Below, in pieces: positions 36,131 to 46,835 of a DNA stretch of 64,000 nt. Numbering within the stretch: the first letter of the stretch is position 1; the number at the start of each line of letters is the position of its first letter. The position numbers were made by a program, and so were the translations under genes. This DNA is from Podarcis bocagei (Eukaryota). The notes under the pieces were generated by a model, which did no database searches, was not told the origin of the DNA, and saw only the letters and a list, made by a program, of their open reading frames with translations. The DNA lies in NCBI GenBank assembly GCA_964188305.1, contig OZ076889.1. The stretch is one strand, 5' to 3'.

Positions 36131-37844
36131 GCCTTGCCAGGAATCTTCTCTTGAGAGTGAGGAAATGAGGGATCCCATGAGACTCCAGGGATTTCCTCTC
36201 TTGCTTCCTTTCTCACTCTCAAGAGAAGACCCATTAAAGTACACCCCATGTGTGGCCAGAACCTCCTTTTCACCACAGGAGCGCCTCGCCTCCCACCTTT
36301 CCCCTTCCCATCAAACATATAGCCTCAGGCTCGCCATCTAAACAACTCCCTTTGGGTCACCCACCGAGCACTGTACTGCGATTTCAGAATCTTCCTGTCT
36401 TGGTTTTAGCTCCTGAATGGGATCTAGTACTTGTATGGGTGGATGATTACACGATTGGGCCGGTAGGGAGACAATCGGTCTTTTGAGTGTTACCTCAGGA
36501 CTCTTCCCAGAAAGGCGGTTGTATCTCGCCAGCTAATATGTGTTCCTCTGTGCCAACATTTTCTGTGTAGCAGTGAATGGAAGATGAGAGGTCATGAGGG
36601 AGGAAGAAATAAGCAAGAATGATGATTAAATCTGGGGCGTGCCTCTTTTTTTGCCTTATGGTTATTTCATACGTGATTGCACTTTATGGGTTAACTGTTC
36701 ACCCGTGTGACTGTTCACATGCTAGTTCATTTCCAGATAAATTCTCCAACTGCATTATTATTCATTCAGTGACCCAAAGGGAAAGGTCAACAAAACGCTG
36801 ACTGTAACTGTAACACAAGCCTTTCTTAGTTAGAATGCAGAGGAAACCTTGAAGGGCTCTATTCCGAAATGCATCTCCATTTGCCAAAATTACCTTTATA
36901 ACCTTTGTAGGCTAATGACAGAGCTCCTTTAAAAAATGAACCCTTTGGATCTTGCCATATGTTGCAGAAGCATTGACAACATTTATGTAGAAAGTAGCTG
37001 GAGAATTTGCTGATAAGAGAAATCAATAACACCTGACCAGAGTACTGACTGACCAAAGGTATTTAGGAAATCTGTTCCATGCCTGATTAGGAGCCTAGTG
37101 TTCTCTGAAGTACTTGAACTTTTTACTTAATGTACTAGTTTAAATGTGCAGGGAGGTTTTGGGATTTTTTTTTTTTAATGGAGACACATTTAATGTGAAC
37201 ACTTATCCTAAAGAATAATTCCTGAGAACAGAAGGAGATGAATGAAAAACTTTCCTTTCAGGAAGGAATTTGATCTAAAAACCTATGGTCAGCCAACCTT
37301 CTATAACTTGAAACTAAAGTGCTGGTGGTAACCATTTCTTATTTACATCCCTCCTGTCCTGGAGGCTTGAGACCTGAGCACCAGAGGGAATTCTTTCTTG
37401 TATTTGAGACTGTCCAGATACAGAGTCCCTCTTCTGCCACCATCTAAATTATTATAGTTTTATTGTTGTTAGAAGGTTTCTTGGGAGTTGTCAAATGGAA
37501 ATTTGACATATAAATATTTTAATTTTATAAATAAACCCATGCGTTCCCTGTTTTGCAATCCTGTGAGAGTAAAGGTCTGAAGACCCAGAAAAATGTATAT
37601 GTATGTGTGTGTGTGGCGGGGGAAAGAATCTGTCTATCTACATGTTCACATGTATATACTTGTTAGATTTATGAAATGCATTCTATGGTGGTTATTCAAA
37701 CAATGGTCACACCTGTACTCCATGTAATTATAACTTGCTTGTTGAGATATGGTACAGAAAATAGTTCTTAGGGTGTGCAAAACAGTTAAAGTTTACATCT
37801 CTGTACCAGTGCAAATCTAGTGCACTTTCTCTGAGTGTGAAAAA

Positions 37845-37930
37845 GGCAAATCTATGCATGTGTACTCGGAAGCATATGCTATTGAGTTCAATTGGAATTT
37901 CTCTCAGAAAAGTATGTGTAGGATTGCAGC
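37845..37930. repeat. Short (about 85 bp) imperfect-palindrome MITE-like repeat
   Basis: GCAAATCTATGCATG...TATGTGTAGGATTGC. Decayed relatives at about 38610-38680, 39389-39470, 43895-43975 and 59572-59654. Confidence 0.6.
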
Positions 37931-38716
37931 TTGACTTATGCATACATTTATTTAGTATGGGAACTTACCAGGCAATGAGATGAGGTAATCAAGAGGTCAG
38001 AAGTGGGATTCCATCCGTGTGCATTTGCTGGGTTGTTGTTTGTCCCACTGTACATCACATTGATCTTTAGTTGAATCTCTTCAACAATTATTTTATCTAG
38101 TCTAGTAGAGATCTTCATGGAGCTCTTCACAATTTGTGTGGGATTTTGTTAAAGATTTGGTGACAGTTGTATATTTGACTATTTTACTGTTGTGATTTCA
38201 GGCCATTTTTTAAAAAGTTACATTGGGCTAGTCCTAATATTGACCTTTGTGCATTAATGCTAAGAGCGGTGCCCAAACCAGTCAGAACAGACAAAAGACA
38301 TGGCCTTGAGTTGAACTTAAGAGGGCTGGACTTACAGCTATATTTTAAAAAAAGTTTTGAATAAATTTCTTCCAACTTTATTACTGTTCTCCTTGGTGCT
38401 TTTGTGTGATGAGGGTAAGTCTAAATCTCAAGATACTTTCATCATTTCTTTAAATTAAGGAATTTGTTTTAATCATGTATTAGCTTTTCTACTCTCGAGG
38501 GGTAGAGCATTTATTATGGGCTAAAGCTCACGTGTGTGAGTTCTTCAGCCTGACACAATTTTGCTAGTAATATCAAAACAAGGATGGTGAGAACATGAGT
38601 CCCTCTTACAACTCACTCATATGTATCTTTACTTGGAAGTAAGTCCTATAATGTGGATTATTCCCTAAGTGTGCCTAGAAATTTAGTATTAATGGAGCAA
38701 AGTGTGGTGTATTAAT

Positions 38717-39030
38717 GGAGAGCCAGTGTGGTGTAGTGGTTGAGAGCGGTAGACTCGTAATCTGGGGAACCAGGTTCGTGTCTCCGTTCCTCCACATGCA
38801 GCTGCTGGGTGACCTTGGGCTAGTCACACTTCTCTGAAGTCTCTCAGCCCCACTCACCTCACAGAGTGTTTGTTGTGGGGGAGTAAGGGAAAGGAGAATG
38901 TTAGCCGCTTTGAGACTCCTTCAGGTAGTGATAAAAGTGGGATATCAAATCCAAACTACTACTACTACTACTACTACTACTATTCTTCTTCTTCTTCTTC
39001 TTCTTCTTCTTCTTCTTCTTCTTCTTCTTC
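38717..39030 (+). mobile_element. Squam3-like tRNA-derived SINE with (CTA)n(TTC)n tail
   Basis: Head GGAGAGCCAGTGTGGTGTAGTGGTT (A box), B-box-like GGTTCGTGTCTCC, CORE-like GTGACCTTGGGCTAGTCAC; microsatellite tail at 38956-39030. Confidence 0.85.
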
Positions 39031-41798
39031 GAGATGTGAGTGACTTTTCCTAATCCAGACGAAATAGTTATGCAAGAAATGTGCTCTAGTCAGCTGGAAC
39101 TTGTTTCTGTGAAGCAGGCCTTTTTCTGCTGTATCTTGGAAGAGGCCGAGACTTTGACTTTCCTGCATAGCACAGTGCCAAGCTTCCTGCACTTTGTCCC
39201 TCCTCCTTTCATTAAGTGCAGGTGATGTGCTCTGTTCAGAAGCTAGAAGAGTAGCAGATCCCCACCTATTCTGTTGCACAGGCCACTACTGCATTCTGTT
39301 TGCATAATGACCAGCCAGATGCCTATGGAAAGCCCAGGTCTGGATGCAATGCCAAACCATGGTTTGGTGTAATGTTTCAATCAGCTTTAGGCTGAAGTCC
39401 TATACACATTTATCTTGGAATCAGTCTCATTGAACTCACTGAGGGTTAGTTCTGAGTATAGGATTTCACTCTGTATCAGAAGGGTCTGTTTTGTGTTTTA
39501 TTTTATGTAGTGGCGTTTTCTTTTTCAGCTGAATGGTCAAGGAAACAAAGAGAATAATTTTTGAATCATATATCTAATTTTTGTTTAAACCCACTAGTAA
39601 ATTTTGTGGTGTAATAATGTGGTGTAATAATGTGAATACATGTATTTGTGCCAATTTTGGTAGCATACAATACTTTGGTTACTGCTCCGGGGAGATTTTT
39701 ATTGGAAGAGCTCTAGCGATCAGAATTGAATGTTCTTGCCTTAAGCAACTCTGCCCTTTGTTATTAAATGCTGAATTTGCCTTATAATTAGAAGACGCAG
39801 GACTCTCTTTGAGCAATGCCACGGTTGAAGTTTAAGCTCCACCCTTCCTCCTGAATGCTACAGTTACAGAGGAGGCTGTTAGATTTCTTCCTGACTTTTC
39901 TAAATGTGATTCTGGAGCTCCAGCTGGCTGTCAGATGGGATTTCTGAAATATCTTTCTCTTCACAACAAACTAGTGGGAAGGAAGTGAACAAGCAGTGCA
40001 ACAGCGGGATGCATACAGTACATAGAGGTGTTCAAGGCATGAGCTTTCCTGGTCAATTATTCATATAGGATACTGGAGGATAGGGGGTCTGCTTTGAAAT
40101 AGGCAGGGATCTCTGGACTACTCAAGGGGGCCTTCAGCATTCATCAGTCATGTCTTGTAATGTTATATGTGAGGAATGTGGGTGGAAGTTCTTTGTGTTT
40201 GTCTCTTGCAGTCTGTTTGAAGCAGGTGTCCTGAAATGGGATTTGGAAAATGTACAGGGTATCAGATAATTGGAAATAGTGGCCAGACTTCAAATGCTGG
40301 CAGAATACTGAAGTTTGTACGAGCCTTCAAGCCAGCTTGCGTTTCTTTTTTTCAGAGTTTCTGTATATGGCCAGTCCTTGGTATGCTAATACTTATTTTC
40401 TTTAGTTGCTGAAAGTCAAGAGGAGCTCTGTCATTTAATTTCCTAATCGTTTGCTCATGCTTGCTTTGTAAGTGATGTGATAAATATATACTAAACGTGA
40501 ATCCATCACTTGTTGAGAAAATCTTTGCACATGCAAAGTTAATAAACCTTCTATGAGAGATGGTTAATTTTATCTCTTTTCCACATGGAAACTAAATCTG
40601 ACATGATGAAGATACCAAGTACCTAGTGGCTTTAAGAAATATATGGTGCTACCTTGGTTGAATTAAAATGTTAGTCAAAACCATGGTTTGGAAGATTGGG
40701 AACAAGCCACGGGCCTTGAGTCCTCTCTTCTCATTCCTTGCTTTCCTCATTCATGTGTACAGATTATGGACAGCGGATTAGTATTTTTCCATTTAGAATT
40801 ATCACCATTCTTATTGCTATTGAGAGATGAGCAATTATTTCCAGAATATGGGATAGATTCTAATTAAGGCATATGCCAAGTTGCTATTATGCCCATAGTT
40901 TTTTAGACAGTTGTAGAAAATGCAGCTCTTGTTAGCACCTGCTCTACCACATCTCCATTGACTGCTGTAGCCAAGGACATACATCTCATTTAATCTTAAA
41001 ATACCAATGGTGCTCGGCTGTGTAGAAGCTTTGTCTCAGAATTAAATATTATTAATTTTGGGGGAAAGGTTGCTATAACCCTGTATTGCATTGCATTATG
41101 GTGTTGAAAGAGTCATGGGCTATATTACTGAGGGTAAATGGCTATTAGAAAGTTTAAATGAATGTGAATGGTACTTTTAAGATTTGTGCGAATTAAAGCC
41201 AGCAAGTTCTTGGGAAAATAATTTCATATACTCAATATTTTTTATTGTATTCTATTTAAATTAATTATCTTATGCCAATTATCTCGTGTTGTGGAATATT
41301 TTTTGACTTTTAGTATACTGTAGCTTGTTCTGAGTTTTTATAATTGAGGTCATGTGTTATAGAGCAGTGGATTTTCTAAACATAGTGATCTAGGAATGAG
41401 TTGGCTTCCTATGGACTCTGATAGCATCTAAGAATAGCATTTATAGACCAATGTTTGGAGGAGCAACCCCTGATTTATTTATTTATTTCTCGCATACAGA
41501 CAGTTACTCAGATTTTTTCCTGTTGTTAGTTGTTTTTTCACAGACTGTTACTCAGAAATGTATCATGATCATTTAAATGGAACTTAATTCCATGCAAGAG
41601 ACATAAAATTGTGGTGTTGCTATTGCTCATAAGAGTGTCTACATAATATACATGTTAGGAAGTGAATAGATGTGCTGCTTGATATTTTATGTCTGTGTGT
41701 ATTAGGTTGCAGAGGGTTTAGTAAACAAACTAGAAAATGCAAGGCTCAAACTGGTTTCTTTCCCCCAGGTATTATAAAAGAGACAACCCTATATGAAG

Positions 41799-41913
41799 AT
41801 GGGACTGCTGGTGTACATGCGTAACCTGCTACTAGCCCTCTGTCTCTTTCTGGTGCTGGGCTTTCTGTATTATTCAGCTTGGAAACTGCATCTTCTCCGA
41901 TGGGAGGATTCAA
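41799..41913 (+). CDS. ST3GAL3: ST3GAL3 first coding exon (exon starts at 41769); cytoplasmic tail and signal-anchor helix
   Basis: tcccccag|GTATT...TCAA|gtaagt. Encodes MGLLVYMRNLLLALCLFLVLGFLYYSAWKLHLLRWEDS, near-identical to the ST3GAL3 N-terminus. An in-frame ATG also lies at 41793. Confidence 0.96.
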
Positions 41914-44900
41914 GTAAGTATGTTGCTCAGGCCATTTAAGAGCCTCCATAGATGTATGGCTAAGTAATCTTTCATAGATTTCAGGACTGCCTGCTGTGGA
42001 ACAGCCTAGAACATGTCCAAACAATTGTTTGATCCTTTCCTGTGCTGTAGAGATCAAATGTATCTTCCTCTTAATGTTGTTATTCCCTAGATCAATTAAT
42101 TGGAAAATTATAAAATGAACTGTAGATTCCTGTTGCATTTACATAGGTATTTTGTCTATAGATGTGATAGTTATTTATGTTACTAGTGTTGGGAGAGCCA
42201 CTGAGACTTGTGTGAAGATTTATTACTATTGTTATTACGGTGGTGGTGATGGCTCTTTATTTCTTTATATTTTATACAAGCAGAAGCATGTTGTTTCCAT
42301 TTATTTTCTTTATCCTCCATTAGATATGACTTACTGGTAAAGGCATTCATTTTGGGGGATGGTTTTGTTCTGGTTCTGCAATGGATCTGTATGTTTTCAT
42401 TGTGTCCAGTACATACCAGGACACAACTGAATGAAGAATCCAACACACATACAAAATGCAGTCATTGTGCTGGTATTTGCACAGAGTGAGATGCAACTTC
42501 AATGCCTTGCTTACTGGTGTATTTGGGCTTTGGTGGAACCACTTCTAGTTTAGTCCTTTATTTAAATAGCTGAAGATGATTTGTTTCTCCAGTGCTTTAT
42601 TAAACAAAAAAAGCAATCCAAATGTTGTTGCTTTCATTATTATTTGGTTCAATCCATGATGCAGTTGATGGTGTGCAAATTATGAAGGATAATCTGGGGT
42701 TCTCCTTAGTTTGAACACACTTCTCCTTTCTATCTCTTATTGGCTCCTTCCTGACATTTTAAACATCTTGTTTTGACAGGATGAAACTACAAGTTCCCTG
42801 CTTCTCTTCCACATAAGTGTTCCTGCTGTATGCATGTTATTGGATATTCATTTTAGTTTTTTGCAGCTTGGTTAATATATGAGCAAGCTACCATGGTGTG
42901 TTCAGTGTGAAAGGCAGTGTTCAGTGTGACAGGAAAGAGCAAGGCAACTTAAGATAAATCTGGGGTGATGGGCTTTGCACATCCTGCTGCAGGGGTGGAG
43001 AAACTTTTTTGGCTGTGGTGGAATGCTGTCAGCTGCTGCATGCAAACAGTGGTGGTGGTTAGACACAGCCACATATTCTGGTGATGGTGGTAAACAGATG
43101 CACACATGGACACATCCAAACCTACTTGCTAGAATCAGGCTTGGAGTCAATGGGAGGGATTTTTATCCAAGCCTGAAGGTGGCCTGGGGGGCTTCTTCAG
43201 CTATAAATGTTAACCCTTCACTTCCCACTTATGATTCCCCCATATGGCCCTGTGTACCACATTTAGGCTTGGAAAAATATTTGCTGGTTTCCAAAGGAGG
43301 TTTGTGGTGCTGGGAATTGAGGGGAGGCTGCAGGCCTGGTGGGGAGGTACCATGGGCTGTATTTGACCCATAGCCTGGCAGTTACCTAATCGTGGCCTGC
43401 TTTGTCGTTTTCTATTACCATGTTTCCTGGCAGCACCAAAACAGTTACTGGGGTGTTTCAGAGTACCTAAAGTGAATACATTATTCACTCCCAAACCCTC
43501 CTAAATTGACCTTTGTATCTGATGTAGTTCAGGAGCTTTTATTATATTTACAATAAAATGTGCTGTGTGTTTAGGAAAGGGTTGTGGTAGTGTCTTGATA
43601 TTTGTCTGTCACTTGGCTTTATTACTGTGGCATACTTATTTTGTTGTTAAGATAACAGTAAAGTATATTGTTGTAATGGTTGCAAATATTTAACTTCCTG
43701 TATATAACCATCTACTACACCTCATTGACTCTTGGAAACCACCATGGTTATTGTGAGATGAGTCTTTGAGACAGCAGTCTGGTTATTTGCTTTATGGAAG
43801 TTAAAAAATGGTAGGTACATATATAGAAAAATAGGAGTTGAAGTACACTGGAGAACAAATGCATTTGAAGTACAGTGGAGTAACATTCCACATCTGAGGC
43901 ATGCTTACTTGGAAAATAGTCCCATTTAGTTCAGTGGAACTTAATTCTAGGCATGTAAGGCTTTGGATTGCAGCCAAAGTATCCTGACAAATGTCATAAC
44001 TACAATGAGGTCAGCTGGGAAGTAAAATGTAGTAGTACAGTTGGTGTGATGCCTGATCAGTGTTAAAAATAGTGTCTCTAATGATGCTCTTTAAGCATAG
44101 GATGTGCAATTATAGTTGGACCATTTGGCTCCAGTAGTGCTCAGCTTGTAGTTCAAACTTGGAAGGGATAACTTGGTTTGTAAATGAAATAGCCTATTTC
44201 TAGGTCATATAGGGTTCCCATATATTTCATGAATCAGCACAACCTAGCCAAACATAAGTATATCGAAATTTTATTTTTATTTACTTATTTAATAAATCCA
44301 TAGATCTCAGGGCAGTTCACAGCATTTTAGTTCATTCAGTGGGAGATAATAAAGCACATGCTTCTGAAATAAATTGGACCTCAATGCTTAACTTTCCCTG
44401 GATCGTTTCTAATGTTTTTCTCCTTTGCATGTAACCACAAATTTGTATATGTGTGTATATATATATACCTGCTAACCTAAGTTAACATTTCAGGCATATT
44501 TCTAATTCCTCTAGTCTATGAAATCTTATACCACAAGCTTGTTAATCTTTAAAATGCCAAAAGACTCCTTGTTACTTCTGTACGTATATATATTGCCTAC
44601 AACTTGCACTTAGTGTCTTGTTATGTCAGAAGCATAAATCCACTCCATTTCTGCTATCTGTTTTTTGTTGTCATTTTTGGAGGGCATGATACCATTGACC
44701 AACTCTCTTTCATTTGAACAGCACTTTTTTGCAGTTACACAGTTGCCTAGTAACTGTAGATGATGATACAGAGTGGGGAAGATCATGGCTTTTGCTTTTT
44801 TTAAGCACAGAAAATAAACAGAGTAAAAGCAGATATTCTATGTGCTGTATTCTGTTGTCATGGACTTGGAATACAGGATCATGGCATGTTTACCCTTCAC

Positions 44901-45432
44901 ACACAAAATTATGAAGTGTGTGCTTGCAGATGGAAACTTCTGTGTCTGATCAGGGGAAACAGGTAGTCAATTCAAGCTCCCCCCCTCAATATCACCTGTT
45001 TTACTTAGACTCCCTTTTCAACCCTTCTTCTTCCTGTATTTGCATTTTCTGATGTTCAATCATAGGTATTAAATTCCTTCCTGCTTTTTCTGTCTCTTAT
45101 CCCTTATTTCAGACAAGTGGAATATCTGGGCTGATCTTACACAGTATGACATGTTCCTGCACTGCCTGATCAATATTGCTATTACCAGTTTTGATGAAGG
45201 CAGTATCAAAATCTCATAAACAAACAAGCAAATTAATGAGATAAGTTAGTGACTAGAACTGCACAGTTTCTAGATAGGACTTTTCAGCAGATCTTTAGCC
45301 AACAAATTCTTTAGTCAAAGAGGCCAACATTTAACATTTGAAAAGCTGCCCATTGCAAAGGCTTGAATTCGAAAACATGAGCACAAAGAACTATTATAAA
45401 ACAAGACACACTCCCCCCAAATAACCATAGTT

Positions 45433-45666
45433 GGGCAATAGTTTTTATTTGGACCAACTAAAATGTCACAAAAATTATCATCTGTACCTTGAAATTGAGC
45501 CTACAAGTTGACCTCATAGCTACTACATTAGCCTAATTTCTGTCCCCTTTTATCTTGTCCCCCCGCTTCTTTGTGTAACATTGTGCTTCATGAAGAGTTC
45601 TGGAGAACTCTAAAGCTTGCCACACTTTTGTGACATTTTGGTTGGTCCCAAGAAAAGGTATTGCCC
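45433..45666. mobile_element. Older Penelope-like inverted terminal remnant with decayed hammerhead motif
   Basis: Inverted arms GGGCAATA...GGACCAACTAAAATGTCACAAAA / TTTTGTGACATTTTGGTTGGTCC...TATTGCCC. TTCATGA-A-GAGTTC-TGGA-GAACTC-TAAAGCTT at 45587-45618. Confidence 0.6.
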
Positions 45667-46057
45667 ACCCGTTGAAGACACACTGAGTTCATAGTTTTAT
45701 CAAACACGGGGAGGGTAAAGATTGTGAAGCACTTTGTAAACGGAAGGCGATATAAATAGTAGTAGCGACAGCAATAGTAGCAGAAGCCCAAATATTTAAG
45801 TGGAAGAGATTTAATTGGTGTCTTAAATGCATCAAGAGTGCATTGATGTGTCTGGAGCTTCAGTATGTTTCCTAAGAATTATTGCATTTGAATATTATAA
45901 CAGGTATGATAAAGGAAATAAACCTTAACAATATATATCTATTCCCCGAAGAAATGGGTAAGGTCTTGGTTTTAAATAATTGCACTGAACCTGTGAAGTT
46001 GCCTTATATGATGCCACAGTATTGATTCATCTAGCCCTCTATCCTCTATCTATCTAT

Positions 46058-46128
46058 GCCTGGCGTGCTCTGGTCCATGGGGTCACGAAGAGTCGGACAC
46101 GACTAAATGACTAAACAACAACAACAGC
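46058..46128 (+). mobile_element. BovB (RTE) LINE extreme 3' end
   Basis: GCCTGGCGTGCTCTGGTCCATGGGGTCACGAAGAGTCGGACACGACT plus (AAC)n tail. 12-bp TSD AGCCCTCTATCC (46033-46044 and 46129-46140). Confidence 0.85.
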
Positions 46129-46291
46129 AGCCCTCTATCCCATCTGGTAGCAGCTATCCATGACTTGAGGCAGAGGTACTTCCCAACCCTGCCATCCGAA
46201 ATCCTTGTAAGTCAAAATGCCAAGGACTGGGTTTGGGTTCTACTTACATGCAAGACACGTCGACTACAAATGAGCTTTTGGTCCCTTAGTA

Positions 46292-46835
46292 CAGTGTTTC
46301 CCCACCTTTTTTGGGCAACGGCACACCTGTTTAATCAAAAAAATCTTGCGGCACACCACCATTACTGCCCCGTGACGTCAGCGCGCAGCGTCACGCCGGG
46401 AGGGACGCACAAAAGTGAAAGTTTTCACTTTTTTCCCCTCCCCCTTGCCGGGGAACCTCCAAGCTTTGGGGGTGGGGGTGGGGAGGCAGCAGAGCGAGGG
46501 GCTGAGGGACGGCGGCAGCTGAGGCGGCGGCGGCTGTTGTGGTGGTGGCGGCGATAACGGACGGAGGAGGGGGCGGCGGCGGGAGTTGCTGCTGCTGTTG
46601 TTGCTGCTGCTGCCCGGACATGCCGGCCTCCTCCTCCTCCGCTGTCTCGCGCTCCTCCATTTGCACGCGCTGCCCCGCCGCTCGGCACCACCACCGCGGA
46701 GCCGCCCCCGGCTCGACGCGGATCCTCGCCGCCGCCGCCTCTCACCGCCCGCCTCGCCCGCCTCCCTCCCACGGCACACCAGCCGATGTCTCACGGCACA
46801 CTAGTGTGCCGCGGAACACCGGTTGGGAAACACTG
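46292..46835 (-). mobile_element. Non-autonomous hAT MITE, copy B (same family as 32999-33478, opposite orientation)
   Basis: CAGTGTTTCCC termini. 8-bp TSD CCTTAGTA (46284-46291 and 46836-46843). Both arms align with copy A. Confidence 0.93.

Noticed and set aside
34458-36168. Overlapping 100-160 aa ORFs
   Set aside because: Stop-poor GC-rich CpG-island DNA with no recognisable protein; only the spliced uORF is retained as a finding.
32999-46835. Composite transposon that moved ST3GAL3 exons 1-2
   Set aside because: Each copy has its own distinct TSD, showing independent insertions, and the KDM4A-ST3GAL3 order is intact.
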